DNA of 64,000 nt from Phycisphaerae bacterium (GCA_046483505.1 JAWODB010000123.1:8371-72370); one strand, 5' to 3'. Counted from the stretch's first letter, positions 8,960 to 19,695 are shown. The notes: generated from the letters alone by a model not told the origin. Numbers and translations are program-made.

Positions 8960-10651
8960 TTACTGCGTCAGCCAGTAGAACCCGCCGATCATCGCCGCCA
9001 CCAGCGCCCATCCGACCGCGAAGCCGATGAGAGACGTGCGGGTCGGCACGGGAATCTCCAGGCCGCCCCACTCCACGAGCACCCGCCGCGGCGCCGGCGG
9101 CGTGCCGGCCGGCAGGGTGCACGGTTCCTCGACCTCCTCGCCCGGCGCGACGGGCGTCCGCGTCAGGGCGTAATAGTGGTCCAGTTGCGCCTTCGGCACC
9201 GGCCGCGTCAGGAGGCTGACGAGGACGCCCGCCAGCGTGCCCGCCCCCAGGTAGGCGACCATCTGCCACGGCAGGACCATCTCGGCCACGCCCGATTCGG
9301 TGCGGCGGACGAGGCCGAGCGTCAGGTTCACGCCGGTGCCCTCCAGCGCCTCGATGAGGCCGGTCCAGTACGAGACGGCGAGCAGGACGGCGAAGCCGAC
9401 GAGGGTGGCGGCCCAGGCCCCGGCGGTCGTGGTCCGCCGCCAGAACAGGCCCAGCCAGAAGGCGATGCCGATGGTCGGCGAGATCTTCCAGAACCATTCC
9501 AGCCCCCGGACGACGCTGGGCAGCAGGAATGCCACCAGCACGCCGCCCGCCACGACGGCCAGCGCCACGCCCCGGCCCACGGCCAGGTAGTGGCGGTCCG
9601 CCTTGCCCGACCGCAGCGGCTTGTAGATGTTTTCCGTAAAGAGGGCCGAGGAGGCGATCATGAACGAGTCGCACGAACTCATCACGCTCGCGAGCAGCGC
9701 CGCCAGGAACACGCCCAGCAGGCCGGGGAGGATGCGCGGCAGGAAATCGGCCGCCATCACGCCGTACACCTCGTCCGGGTGCACGTCCCGGCCGGCGAGG
9801 TACGCCACGGCCGCCAGGCCCGTCAGGCACCACGCCATCGTGCAGATGCGTTTGATGAAGTTGCCGCCCATCCATCCGACGCGGCCCTCCATCTCGGTCT
9901 TGCCCGCCGCACAGTTCCCCATCGTGTGCGGCTGGGTGACGATGCCGACGAGGGCGTTGACGGCGATCATCACGATATAAAAGACGCCGATGTCCCCCGG
10001 CGCGACGAGCGAAAACATCTTCGCGTCGGCGATGCGCTCGTGCAGGCCCGCCATGCCGCCCACGGCGTCGAGCACGAACGGCAGGAGGAGGAACGAAAAG
10101 AGGACCGTCAGGATGCCCTGGACGAAGTCCGTGATGATGGCGGCACTCAGGCCGCCCGCCACGCCGTACGTCACGAACATGACGGTCATGGCGGCAATGG
10201 CGATCCCGGCGGGGATGCCCGTGCTGGCCTCGATGACCGCGCCGCTCCCCTTCAGCATGACGCCGATGTTCACGCTCAACTGGAGCATGCCGATGACCGC
10301 GAAGAGGCCGGCCACGCTGCGGTCGTAACGGGCGGCGAAGACGTCGCCCGTCGTGATCGCCCGGAACCGCCGCATCACCGGCGCGATGAGCCAGTAGAAC
10401 GGCGTGCAGAAGAGCCACAGCCACTGGTACCAGATGCCGCTCAGCCCGTTCGTGTACGTCTTGGAGGCCACGCTGACGGCCTGGTCGGAGTGCGTGCCCG
10501 TCCCGAACGCATGCGTGATCATCATGACCTTGCCGAAGCGGCGCGGCATGAAGTAGTCGCTCATCCGGTGGACGAGGCGGGCGGCGTAGATGCCGAGGCC
10601 CGTGATGAGCGCCAGGTACAGGACGAGGCAGACGATGTCGGCGGCGGCCAT
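8960..10651 (-). CDS. Sodium:solute symporter family (SSF) transporter
   Basis: 563-aa polytopic membrane protein whose transmembrane pattern is consistent with the SSF family. ATG at 10651. Confidence 0.8.
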   Translation of the reverse strand: MAAADIVCLVLYLALITGLGIYAARLVHRMSDYFMPRRFGKVMMITHAFGTGTHSDQAVSVASKTYTNGLSGIWYQWLWLFCTPFYWLIAPVMRRFRAITTGDVFAARYDRSVAGLFAVIGMLQLSVNIGVMLKGSGAVIEASTGIPAGIAIAAMTVMFVTYGVAGGLSAAIITDFVQGILTVLFSFLLLPFVLDAVGGMAGLHERIADAKMFSLVAPGDIGVFYIVMIAVNALVGIVTQPHTMGNCAAGKTEMEGRVGWMGGNFIKRICTMAWCLTGLAAVAYLAGRDVHPDEVYGVMAADFLPRILPGLLGVFLAALLASVMSSCDSFMIASSALFTENIYKPLRSGKADRHYLAVGRGVALAVVAGGVLVAFLLPSVVRGLEWFWKISPTIGIAFWLGLFWRRTTTAGAWAATLVGFAVLLAVSYWTGLIEALEGTGVNLTLGLVRRTESGVAEMVLPWQMVAYLGAGTLAGVLVSLLTRPVPKAQLDHYYALTRTPVAPGEEVEEPCTLPAGTPPAPRRVLVEWGGLEIPVPTRTSLIGFAVGWALVAAMIGGFYWLTQ

Positions 10652-10691
10652 GCGGCATCCTCGCGTTAATGTGTTTTCCGGTACGGCAACG

Positions 10692-10722
10692 GCGCGCGGC
10701 CCGCAAGCGGGCCGGCGAACAC
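10692..10722. repeat. REP-like palindromic element, family 1 (GCGCGGCCCGCAAGCGGGCCGGCGAACAC)
   Basis: Hairpin GGCCCGC-AAG-GCGGGCC. Further copies at 22329-22352, 24685-24710, 27959-27993 and 28568-28603, all intergenic. Produces the recurring spurious 'FAGPLAGRAP' peptide in track ORFs. Confidence 0.6.
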
Positions 10723-10775
10723 GGGCGTCGTCCCGCAGGTCTTACCGTGTCGCCGGTTCGCAACTCCCGCAGGGC

Positions 10776-12356
10776 CTACGGTGCCGCGAGGTCGTGCGTC
10801 GCGACGCCACGCCGCACGGCCTCCGGCACCTTCGGGCCGACATCGACCGGCCGGTCGGCCTCCATCAGGTCGTTGCCGGTCAGGGTGATGCGGCCCGTTT
10901 CCGGGCCCTCCAGGCGGAGGAACGTGCCGGCGGTGCGCGGGACGCAGCCCGTGACGAAGGCCCGAGCCACGTTCGTCATAAGGACGACGGGGGCCGCGTC
11001 CTTCGGCTGCGGCGGCGTCTCCAGATCCTCGATCCGCACGTCGCGGACGTCGTCCAGGACGACGGCGTGGCGCAGGTCCGGCTGCTCGGTCGCGAGGCGG
11101 ACGTTCCGCAGCCGGAGCCCCCGCACGTGCCGGGCGTAGAGGCCGCAGGCCGGCAGGCGGCCGAACATGTTGAACTCCGGGTAGGCCGACGGCTTCTCGG
11201 GCACCTCGCGGGCGGCGTCGTCGCGCGTGCCGCCCCCGGCGAAGACCAGGTGCACGTCCTCCAGGCTCACGTTCTCGATGCATTGGCCGGGCAGGCCCGC
11301 GATCGCGCAGCCCGTCGGCCCCGCACCGGTGGCGCGGATATGACTGATGGAGATGTTCCGCACCGTGCCGGCACCGGGCCGCTCCATGTCCTTCTTGAAC
11401 GGCCGGGCGCGGTTGCCCAGGCGGACGAACACCGGCGCCCCCACGCCGCGCATCGTCAGGCCCGAGACGACGATGCCGTCCATCGTCCCGCCGTCAACGA
11501 TCTCGAGGGCCACGCCCGCCAGCCGCGTGTCGTACACCGCGCAGCCGGTGATGGCGACGTTCTCGAAGCCCCCGTTCGACTCGGTGCCCATCTTCAGGGC
11601 GTTGCACGTGCTGCGCAGGACGCACCCGGTGATGGTCACGTCGCGGCACGGACGGTCGGCAGTACTCTTCAGGACGATGGCATCGTCGCCGGAATCGACG
11701 CGGCAGTTGGCGACGACGACGCGCCGGCAGCAGTCGATGTCGATCCCGTCGTTATTGTGGTTCGCGTGGCTCGTCACGGTCACGCCGCGGATGGTGAGGC
11801 CGTCGCACGCCAGGTAGTGCTGGACCCACATCGGCGAGTCGCGGAACGTCAGGCCCTCGACGCGGACCTCGCGGCAGCCGATCATGCGGACCAGGTACGG
11901 CCGCCGCTTGTAGGGCCCGGAGAACCGCTTCCCCTGCCCGTCGATGACGCCGCGGCCGACGAGGCCGACGTTCTCCGCTCCCTCGGCGTAGATGAGGCTC
12001 TTGTTCGTGTAGTTATCGGTGTACGAGCGGAACGCGGGGGCGGTCTCCGGGTAATCGTCGAGGTCGTCGCTGGCGAGGAGGGTGGCCCCGGCCGCCAGGT
12101 CCAGCACGACGCCGCTTTTCAGGACGATCGTGCCGCTGCGGTACGTGCCGGGGGGAAACCGGACGCTGCCGCCGCCGGCTTCGGCGCAGGCGTCGACGGC
12201 CTTCTGGATGGCGCGGGTGCAGAGGGTTTGACCGTCGGGTACGGCGCCGGCCTCGCGGACGTCGACGACGCGACCGGAGGCCTCGGCAGCCGCCGCTGCG
12301 ACAGCCGCGCCCGCCACGACCCATCCCACTGCCGCCCAGATGGCCGCCTGCCGCAT
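10776..12356 (-). CDS. Glycoside hydrolase family 28-like (pectin-lyase fold) secreted protein
   Basis: Signal peptide MRQAAIWAAVGWVVAGAAVAAAAAEA (ATG 12356). Parallel beta-helix motifs NHNNDGIDID, SGDDAIVLKS and CNALKMGTES resemble GH28 NTDGID/GDD/GHG signatures. Confidence 0.6.
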   Translation of the reverse strand: MRQAAIWAAVGWVVAGAAVAAAAAEASGRVVDVREAGAVPDGQTLCTRAIQKAVDACAEAGGGSVRFPPGTYRSGTIVLKSGVVLDLAAGATLLASDDLDDYPETAPAFRSYTDNYTNKSLIYAEGAENVGLVGRGVIDGQGKRFSGPYKRRPYLVRMIGCREVRVEGLTFRDSPMWVQHYLACDGLTIRGVTVTSHANHNNDGIDIDCCRRVVVANCRVDSGDDAIVLKSTADRPCRDVTITGCVLRSTCNALKMGTESNGGFENVAITGCAVYDTRLAGVALEIVDGGTMDGIVVSGLTMRGVGAPVFVRLGNRARPFKKDMERPGAGTVRNISISHIRATGAGPTGCAIAGLPGQCIENVSLEDVHLVFAGGGTRDDAAREVPEKPSAYPEFNMFGRLPACGLYARHVRGLRLRNVRLATEQPDLRHAVVLDDVRDVRIEDLETPPQPKDAAPVVLMTNVARAFVTGCVPRTAGTFLRLEGPETGRITLTGNDLMEADRPVDVGPKVPEAVRRGVATHDLAAP

Positions 12357-12535
12357 GACCGGTCCCCTTTCCCGACGAGGTGCACGCACGATTGTAGGGA
12401 GCCGGCGGCCGGCCGCAAGCGCTTCCGCGAGAGGACGTGGCTTTGGCTGGACCCTTGACATTGCGGCCCGTCTGCCGCACCCTGAATGGGTGAGAAGGGC
12501 GCCGGTGCGGCGCACCGGCCGCCAGGGAGACTCCC

Positions 12536-13405
12536 GTGCCGACCGACCGCCTGACCATCAAGGCGTACCCGGAGATCGACGGCTCCCGCATGGTGCTGGG
12601 CTTCTCGGGGTGGATGGACGGGGGCGACGTCTCGACCGGCTGCGTGAAGTACCTGTCCGAGAAACTCGGCGCCCGGCCGCTGGCCGAGATCGAGCCGCGG
12701 GGATTCTACATCTATAACTTCCCGGGGTCGATGGAGATCTCGGCCCTGTTCCGGCCGCACTGCGAGATCACCGACGGCATCGTCCACGCCTACGACCCGC
12801 CCGCCAACCGGTTCCGGCACGACGACTCGAACCGGCTGATCCTGTTCAGCGGCAAGGAGCCGAACCTGGCGTGGGAAGAGTTCGCGGACTGCCTCTTCGG
12901 CCTGGGCGAGGCGTTTCGCGTCCGGGCCGTCTACTTCATCGGCTCTTACGCCGGCGTCGTGCCGCACACCCGCGACCCCCGGCTGTACGCCTCCGTCTCG
13001 GACCCCGAGATGAAGGCCGAACTGGAGCCGCACGGCTTCCGCTTCACCGACTACGAAGGGCCGGCCCACTTCGCGACGTACCTGACGCACGCGGCGGCGG
13101 ACCGCGGCGTGAAGATGGCGACGCTGGTGGCCGAGATCCCCGCCTACATCCAGGGCACGAATCCCCGGTGCATCGAGGCCGTGGCGCGCACGGTCGCCGG
13201 CATCCTCGGCATCCAGATCAACACCGACGACCTGCGCCAGACGAGCGACGGCTTCGAGGCCAAGGTCAACGAGGCCATCGCCGAGAAGGACGATCTCTCG
13301 GAGATGATCCGGAAAATGGAAGCCCAGTACGACAGCGAGATGTTCGAGACCCAGATGGGCGACCTGAAGGATTGGCTCGAGGACCGGGGCATTCGGCTGG
13401 ACTGA
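12536..13405 (+). CDS. PAC2-family protein
   Basis: 289-aa protein: GTG start with SD AGGGAGA upstream, then ...AYPEIDGSRMVLGFSGWMDGGDVSTG... (PAC2-like). First in-frame ATG at 12590. Confidence 0.65.
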   Translation: MPTDRLTIKAYPEIDGSRMVLGFSGWMDGGDVSTGCVKYLSEKLGARPLAEIEPRGFYIYNFPGSMEISALFRPHCEITDGIVHAYDPPANRFRHDDSNRLILFSGKEPNLAWEEFADCLFGLGEAFRVRAVYFIGSYAGVVPHTRDPRLYASVSDPEMKAELEPHGFRFTDYEGPAHFATYLTHAAADRGVKMATLVAEIPAYIQGTNPRCIEAVARTVAGILGIQINTDDLRQTSDGFEAKVNEAIAEKDDLSEMIRKMEAQYDSEMFETQMGDLKDWLEDRGIRLD

Positions 13406-13426
13406 CGCCGAGCGGCCGCCGAGCCC

Positions 13427-13519
13427 GTTGAGCCGCCGACGGCGCACCGGCGGGTGGTGCCGTTGCGGCGAGGCAATCCTTCTCTGCCGTGCGCGTCGAC
13501 CTTCGGTCGACGGCTCAAC
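13427..13519. repeat. REP/MITE-like palindromic element, family 3 (GTTGAGCCGCCGAC...GTCGACCTTCGGTCGAC...GTCGACGGCTCAAC)
   Basis: Nested inverted repeats. Further copies at 14421-14565, 19554-19625 and 21096-21157, all intergenic. Yields the spurious 'TCRRRLN' peptide in track ORFs. Confidence 0.6.
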
Positions 13520-13658
13520 CGGCGCGCGGACACCAGCGACACCGTCACGGCTCTGCGTTGGAGCGACACTTGGTCCCGCCGCGTGGATTAAAGAAACGAG
13601 CGCCCGGCAGGACGTGTCGCTCGGCGCCGACCTGCACGAACCGGAAAAGGAGCCTTCC

Positions 13659-14402
13659 ATGACCCGCACGCTGCTCGTCGCCGCAACGGTCGTCGGCCTG
13701 GTGACCGGCGGCCTCGTCGCCGCCCCGCCCAAAGGCGAGGGATGGAAACCCCTGTTCAACGGCAAGGACCTCTCCGGCTGGGTCGTCCCGAAGGGGGATA
13801 ACGGCCACTGGAAGGTCGTGGACGGCGTCATCGATTACGACGCCCGCAGCGAAGCCAAGGGCAACAAGAACCTCGTCACGGAAGACGAGTTCGGCGACTA
13901 CCGCCTGCACATCGAGTGGCGGCTGAAACGGACCACCGGCCTGTACCCCATGCCGACCATCCTGCCCGACGGCTCGTACAAGAAGGACGCGGACGGCAAG
14001 GTCATCAAGACCCCCACCCCGAACGCCGACTCGGGCATCTTCCTTCGCGGCAGCGGCAAGACGCAGATCAACATCTGGTGCTGGCCGTGCGGGTCCGGCG
14101 AACTCTGGGGCTACCGCAACGACACGAGCCAGCCGGCCGAGGTCCGCGCCGCCGCCGTCCCGAAGACCTGCGCCGACAAGCCCGTCGGCGAGTGGAATGC
14201 CTTCGACGTCAGCGTCAAGGGCGAGCACGTCACAGTGAACCTGAACGGTAAGACGGTCATCGACGGTCGGTTCCCGGGCTGGCCCGAGAAAGGCCCCATC
14301 GCCCTCCAGCATCACGGGGGATACAACGAGAAGACGGGCAAGTACAGCCCGGCGTCCAGCCTGATTCAGTTCCGTGACATTTACATCAAGGACTTGGAGT
14401 AG
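13659..14402 (+). CDS. DUF1080 (3-keto-disaccharide hydrolase-like) secreted protein
   Basis: ATG 13659 preceded by SD AAAAGGAG. Signal peptide MTRTLLVAATVVGLVTGGLVAAPP. Motifs WKPLFNGKDLSGW, GHWKVVDGVI and IALQHHG typical of DUF1080. Confidence 0.7.
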   Translation: MTRTLLVAATVVGLVTGGLVAAPPKGEGWKPLFNGKDLSGWVVPKGDNGHWKVVDGVIDYDARSEAKGNKNLVTEDEFGDYRLHIEWRLKRTTGLYPMPTILPDGSYKKDADGKVIKTPTPNADSGIFLRGSGKTQINIWCWPCGSGELWGYRNDTSQPAEVRAAAVPKTCADKPVGEWNAFDVSVKGEHVTVNLNGKTVIDGRFPGWPEKGPIALQHHGGYNEKTGKYSPASSLIQFRDIYIKDLE

Positions 14403-14586
14403 GTTCGCATACCCGCGACCGTTGAGCCGCCGACGGCACGTCGGCGGGCGTTCGCCGCTCAAGCCGGGTGGCACGCTTCCGCGAGCGAAAGCGTGCAGTA
14501 TGGGGCGGGGGAGGCACATGCTTTCGCAGCATCGCGAAAGCATGCCACCCGCCTACCTCAAGGGATTAGAGTAGGCCCTAGGCGCA

Positions 14587-15198
14587 TCAGACCGGCCGGC
14601 TCCGGGGGACGACCCGGGCCCCGCCCGGGCCGCGGCGCATGCCGTTGACGCGCACCTCACGGTCCTCGGTCACCAGGACCTGGTCGCCGCGCTCGACCCG
14701 CCCGTAGTCGCGCCCCTCGACGCGGAGGGTGATGCGGCCGTCCTCGTCGGTGACCTCGACGTTCACGTCGCCGAGGCGGAGGTCGCACTCGCGGGTCCAT
14801 CCGCCCAGCCCGTGGCTGCTGCGCATGCTGCGCGAGGATCCGCGCCCGCCGGGCTCCAGGACCTTGATGTCGACGCCGAACACGCGGGCCCGCGCCACGT
14901 CGCCCTCCATGCGGACGTAATCGCCGTCCTCCTCCGAACCGGGCGGCCCCATCTCCGCGCACGGCGGCTCCGCGTGATGCACGACCCGCTGCGTGGCCAC
15001 CCCGAGGTAGACGACGACGGGTATGGCGACCACCGCCGCCAGCAGGGCCGGCACGAGGCACACGAGGCCCACAATCCACAGGGCCGTCATCTTCTTCAGG
15101 ACGCCGACGATCAGCATCACGAGGCCCGCCAGCCCCACCAGCACGATGCCGCCGCCCACGACGAACAGGATCAGCATGAACACAGGCGCTGCGGCCAT
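14587..15198 (-). CDS. Hypothetical membrane protein (two N-terminal transmembrane helices plus a soluble C-terminal domain)
   Basis: 203-aa ORF starting MAAAPVFMLILFVVGGGIVLVGLAGLVMLIVG..., with high GC3 codon usage. It is the only coherent reading in this interval; the 755-aa and 244-aa track ORFs here look like shadow frames. Confidence 0.45.
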   Translation of the reverse strand: MAAAPVFMLILFVVGGGIVLVGLAGLVMLIVGVLKKMTALWIVGLVCLVPALLAAVVAIPVVVYLGVATQRVVHHAEPPCAEMGPPGSEEDGDYVRMEGDVARARVFGVDIKVLEPGGRGSSRSMRSSHGLGGWTRECDLRLGDVNVEVTDEDGRITLRVEGRDYGRVERGDQVLVTEDREVRVNGMRRGPGGARVVPRSRPV

Positions 15199-15312
15199 GA
15201 CACGCTCCTTTCCGGCCGGTCGTCCCGCCGACCATAGCCCCATCATAACGTCTGGAGGCGCCGCGAGAAAGGGTTGGTTGATCCCGTTGGGGCGGCGCCG
15301 GCGCACGGCGGC

Positions 15313-15367
15313 AGGGCGGCGGGTGCCCCTCGGCTTCGCTCGGGACAGGCTCTGACCCGCCGCGCAG
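15313..15367. repeat. Dispersed intergenic repeat, family 2 (…GGGTGCCCCTCGGCTTCGCTCGGGACAGGCTCTGACCCGCCGCGC…)
   Basis: Inverted copy at 19455-19510, ~95% identical over ~50 nt. Encodes the spurious 'RRVPLGFARDRL' in track ORFs. Confidence 0.55.
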
Positions 15368-15486
15368 CGTGTATGCGACCCGCGAAAACACTTGTCCCGC
15401 GATTCGTGCGGCCCTATAACCGTTGTTCCCGGTTTATTCTGCGCGGACGGAGAAGGAGTCGGTCTTTTGCCTCGGAAGGGCTCGAC

Positions 15487-16788
15487 ATGGACCGCCACAG
15501 CCGGCGTCAGTTCCTGAAGCGTCTCGGCCTGGCCGCCGGTGCCGCCGCCGCGGCGCCGTACGTCGTGCCGGACACGGCGACCGGCGCCGCCGCGGACGTC
15601 GTCTCGCCCAGCGAGCGCGTCACGATGAGCATCATGGGCTGCGGCAACCGCGGGCCGCGGGTCATGGGGCATTTCCTCCAGCAGCCGGACGTCCAGTGGC
15701 TGGCCTGCTGCGACTGCCGCATGGACCGCCTCATGGCCGCCAAGAAGAAGGTCGACGCCGCCACCGGCAACAGCGACTGCGCCACGTACCGCGACTTCCG
15801 CGAGTTGTTCGACCGCCCGGACCTGGACGGCGTCCTCATCGCGACGGGCAACCGGTGGCACGCGCTCGGGTCCATCTACGCCGCCCGCGCCGGCAAAGAC
15901 GTCTACAGCGAGAAGCCGATCAGCCTGACCCTGGCCGAGGGCCGGGCCCTCGTCGAGACCTGCGACCGCCTCGGCACCATCTACCAGGCGGGGTACCAGC
16001 GGCACTCGGTGGACTCGTGCCGCTTCGCCGTCGAGTGCGCCCACCAGAAACGCATCGGCGACCTCAAGGAAGTCATCTGCAACAGTTGGACGAACAACGT
16101 CGTCAAGCCGAGCCCGGTCGTCCCCGTGCCGCAGAACTTCTGGTACGACATGTGGCTTGGCGCGACGCCGTGGCACCCGTTCTCCTGGGCCCGCGTCAAC
16201 GGCTGGCGGGTCGTCTGGGACACCGGCGCCGGCATCCTGGCCGACATGGGCTGCCACTGGACCGACCTGGCCCAGTGGGCGAACCACGCCGAGGAGACCG
16301 GTCCCGTCCACATCGAGACCGAGCACGTCGAGTGGGCCCCGGCGGACGCGCTGACCGAGGTGCCCGTCTCGGCCCGGGCCGTCACCACGTACGCCAGCGG
16401 CGTCCGCGTGGTCCACGACGCCACGGGGACGTTCAACGAGCGGTACATCCGCTTCGTGGGCACCGAAGGATGGGTCCAGGTGCACGACGCCACGAACACC
16501 GTGACGGCCGAGCCGGCGTCGCTGTTGCGGCTGCGGGACATCTCGGCCAAGGGCTGGGGCGACCCGGGCGACCACATCCGGAACTTCCTGGAGGGCATCA
16601 AGACCCGCCGGCGGACGGTCTGCTATCCGGAGGCCGCCCACCGCGCCATGAGCCTGTGCCAACTGGCGAACATCAGCATCCGCCTCGGCCGGCCGCTGCG
16701 GTGGGATCCCGTGAAGGAGGAGTTCCCCGACGACCCGGAGGCGAACACGCTTCGCGGCCGGGCCATGCGGTCGCCGTGGCGGATCTGA
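15487..16788 (+). CDS. Gfo/Idh/MocA-family oxidoreductase, TAT-exported
   Basis: MDRHSRRQFLKRLGLAAGAAAAAPYVV is a twin-arginine signal. Rossmann-like N-terminus (MSIMGCGNRGPRV) and motifs DVYSEKP, WHPFSW and CHWTD. 433 aa. Confidence 0.8.
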   Translation: MDRHSRRQFLKRLGLAAGAAAAAPYVVPDTATGAAADVVSPSERVTMSIMGCGNRGPRVMGHFLQQPDVQWLACCDCRMDRLMAAKKKVDAATGNSDCATYRDFRELFDRPDLDGVLIATGNRWHALGSIYAARAGKDVYSEKPISLTLAEGRALVETCDRLGTIYQAGYQRHSVDSCRFAVECAHQKRIGDLKEVICNSWTNNVVKPSPVVPVPQNFWYDMWLGATPWHPFSWARVNGWRVVWDTGAGILADMGCHWTDLAQWANHAEETGPVHIETEHVEWAPADALTEVPVSARAVTTYASGVRVVHDATGTFNERYIRFVGTEGWVQVHDATNTVTAEPASLLRLRDISAKGWGDPGDHIRNFLEGIKTRRRTVCYPEAAHRAMSLCQLANISIRLGRPLRWDPVKEEFPDDPEANTLRGRAMRSPWRI

Positions 16789-16847
16789 AGCCCGATGCAT
16801 CGCCACATGCACATGCGTTCCACACGACACTGCTGAAGGGAGAAACC

Positions 16848-19409
16848 ATGACACGCTCGTTCGTTCGATTGGCCGCCGTCGCCGCCGTCCTGGCCCTGCT
16901 CGCCGGCGCCGCCGGCGCCGCCGAGGCCCCCAGCAAGGCCGACATCGACCAGGCCGTCGGCGCCCTCGCCGCCTACAAGGCCGGCCAGGAGCACACGCCG
17001 GTCACCCGCATCGGCGAGTTGCTCCAGGCGATGCACGGTAAGGCGGACCTCCAGAAGCACATGGAGCAGAAACTCATCGGCCTCCTCGAAAGCGATGCCG
17101 ACTACGAGGCCAAACTCCAGGCCTGCCAGGTGCTGGCGCGTATCGGCACGGAGGCATGCATCCCCGCACTGGAGAAGATGCTGGACGACCCGAAGACGAC
17201 GCACATCGCGTGCTGGGCGCTCGAGCCGAATCCGAGCGCCGAGGCCCTGGCGGCCCTTCGCCGCGGCCTCCAGGATGCGAAGGGCGAGGCCGCCGTCACC
17301 ATCATGGGCGTCCTCGGGCAGCGGCGCGACGAGATGGCCGTCCCCATCCTCGAGAAGCACATCGGCGCCCACAGCGAGATGGTGGCCGAGGCCGCCCTGG
17401 CCGCCGTCGGCAAGATCGCCACGCCCAAGGCGGCCGACATCCTGGCCACGGCCCGCAAGAGCGTGGGCAAGGCCCTCCGCGGAGCCGCCAACGACGCCTA
17501 CCTCCAGTGCGCGAACCGCCTGGCCGACGCCGGCCGGACCGACCGGGCCGTCACGATGTTCGAAGACGTCCTCGAGGACGACGTCGCCATCCGTTACCAC
17601 CGCGGGGCGCTCATTGCGCTGATGCGGCACGCGGGCGGCAAGGCCGTGCCGCACGTGCTGGCGGCCATCCGCAGCAACGACCAGATGATGCAGGGTACCG
17701 CCATCGCCAACGTGCCCCTGCTCGAGGGCAAAGACGTGGTGAAACGGTTGTCGGCCGAACTGCCCAAGCAGTCGGCCCGCATCCAGGCCCTGCTCGTCAG
17801 CGCCCTGGCCGACCGCGGCGGCGACGACGCCCGCAAGGTCGTCACCGACGTCGTCGACGCCGACGAACCCGAGGCCCGCGTGGCGGCCGTCAAGGCCCTC
17901 GCACGGATCGGCGACGCCTCGTCCGTGCCGCTGCTCGTCAAGGCCGCCGGCCAGGGCAAGACGAAGGCGGAGCGTGAGGCGGCCCTGATTTCCCTCCGCC
18001 GCCTTTCGGGCGAGGGCGCCGACGCCGCCATCCTCAAGGCCATGAAGACCGCCAAGCCGCCCGTGCGAGCCGAACTCATCAGCGTCATCCACGGCCGGGG
18101 CACGAAGTCGGCGGTCCCCGCCCTGCTTGAACAAGCAGCGGCCGATGACGAAGCCGTCCAGGCGGCGGCGCTGAAGGCGCTGGCCCACCTCGCCGAACCG
18201 GATCACCTGGCGGACCTCGTGGAGCGCCTGGTGAACCTGAAGGCCGCCAAGGCCCGTCCCGCCGCGGAGCGGGCGGTCGTCCAGGTCGCGCAGAAGACCG
18301 AGACCCCGGCCGCCGGCAGCCGGCCCGTCCTGGCAGCCTTGAAGAAGACCGACGACGTCCTGACCCGGACGTCGCTGCTGCGCGTGCTGGGCGGCATCGG
18401 CGGGGAGGCGGCCCTGGCCGCCGTCACCGACGCCCTCGACGCCAGGCAGGAGGGCGTTCGCGACGCCGCGGTGCGGGCCCTCGGCTCCTGGCCGGACGCC
18501 TCGGCCGTGCCGGCCCTGCTGGGCCTCGTCAAGAAGACGGACGACCGCACGTACCGCGTGGTGGCGCTCCGCGGTGCCGCCCGGCTGCTGGCGAAGGGCG
18601 CGGGCGTACCGTCGGACGACGTCCTCCAGCCGTACAAGGACCTGATGGCCCTGAGCGAACGACCGGAAGACAAGAAACTCGTCCTGGCCGGCCTGGCCGA
18701 CGTGCCCCATCCGGAGGCCCTCCGGATGGCCGTCGATTCCCTCGACAACAAGGCCGTGCAGGGCGAGGCGGCCATGGCGGCCGTCAAGATCGGCGAGGCC
18801 GTCATGGGCAGCGCCCCCAAGGCCGTCGCAGCCGCCATGGAGCAGGTCGTCAAGGCCGCGCCCAATGACGCAACGAAGAAGCAGGCCCGGCAGGTGCTCG
18901 GCCGCGCCAGGCAACTGGGCAGCGGCATCCTCGGGTGGCAGATCGCCGGTCCGTACACGAAGCAGAACGTGCGGTTCTGGCAGTTGTGCAACCTGGCGTT
19001 CGCGCCCGAGAAGGAAGGCGAGCCGGCCGAGTGGCGCATCTGCCCCGTCAAGACGAAGGGTAAGACACACATCCTGATGGTGCACGAGATCCTCGGTCAG
19101 GGCGACAACCGCACCGCGTACGTCCGGACGTGGCTGGTGGCCGACAAGGCCGCGGACGCCCGCCTCGAAGCCGGCTCCGACGACGCCATCAAGATCTGGC
19201 TCAACGGCAAGGCCATCCACGAAAACCGCCAGGGCGGCGCGTGCGAGCCGGGCGAGCACAAGAAGAACGTCCGGCTCAAGCAAGGCGCCAACGCGCTGAT
19301 GCTCAAGATCACCAATGACAGCGGACCGTGGGAGTTCTCCGCCCGCATCGTCGGCCGCGACGGCAAGCCCCTGGACGGCGTGACCGTCGACCCGTATCAC
19401 GCGAAGTAG
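16848..19409 (+). CDS. Secreted HEAT-repeat (PBS-lyase-like) protein with a C-terminal ~170-aa beta-rich domain
   Basis: ATG 16848 with SD GAAGGGAG. Signal peptide MTRSFVRLAAVAAVLALLAGAAGAAEA. More than 12 HEAT-like repeats of the form (A/V)RxxAxxALGxxGDxxAVPxL. C-terminal region GWQIAGPYTKQNVRFWQL... Confidence 0.65.
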   Translation: MTRSFVRLAAVAAVLALLAGAAGAAEAPSKADIDQAVGALAAYKAGQEHTPVTRIGELLQAMHGKADLQKHMEQKLIGLLESDADYEAKLQACQVLARIGTEACIPALEKMLDDPKTTHIACWALEPNPSAEALAALRRGLQDAKGEAAVTIMGVLGQRRDEMAVPILEKHIGAHSEMVAEAALAAVGKIATPKAADILATARKSVGKALRGAANDAYLQCANRLADAGRTDRAVTMFEDVLEDDVAIRYHRGALIALMRHAGGKAVPHVLAAIRSNDQMMQGTAIANVPLLEGKDVVKRLSAELPKQSARIQALLVSALADRGGDDARKVVTDVVDADEPEARVAAVKALARIGDASSVPLLVKAAGQGKTKAEREAALISLRRLSGEGADAAILKAMKTAKPPVRAELISVIHGRGTKSAVPALLEQAAADDEAVQAAALKALAHLAEPDHLADLVERLVNLKAAKARPAAERAVVQVAQKTETPAAGSRPVLAALKKTDDVLTRTSLLRVLGGIGGEAALAAVTDALDARQEGVRDAAVRALGSWPDASAVPALLGLVKKTDDRTYRVVALRGAARLLAKGAGVPSDDVLQPYKDLMALSERPEDKKLVLAGLADVPHPEALRMAVDSLDNKAVQGEAAMAAVKIGEAVMGSAPKAVAAAMEQVVKAAPNDATKKQARQVLGRARQLGSGILGWQIAGPYTKQNVRFWQLCNLAFAPEKEGEPAEWRICPVKTKGKTHILMVHEILGQGDNRTAYVRTWLVADKAADARLEAGSDDAIKIWLNGKAIHENRQGGACEPGEHKKNVRLKQGANALMLKITNDSGPWEFSARIVGRDGKPLDGVTVDPYHAK

Positions 19410-19695
19410 CCGCGAGCCGCCGGCCACGCGCCACGAGCAATAGACCAAGGCAAAGCGCGGCGGGTCGGAGCCTGTCCCGAGCGAAGCCGAGGGGTACCCG
19501 CCGCGCTGGCCGAGCGCCGGCCCGCTTTCGGGCCGAACGCCCTGCGCAGGCCCGTTGAGCGGTCGACCGAAGGTCGACGCGGGTTTCTCGAGCGAACGGG
19601 CGCCGACGTGCCGTCGGCGGCTCAACGAAGACCAAGGCCGTCCAGCGCGGTGGTTCGGGAGGGCCACCGCGCGGAGAGCCAGGAAGGAACCACCC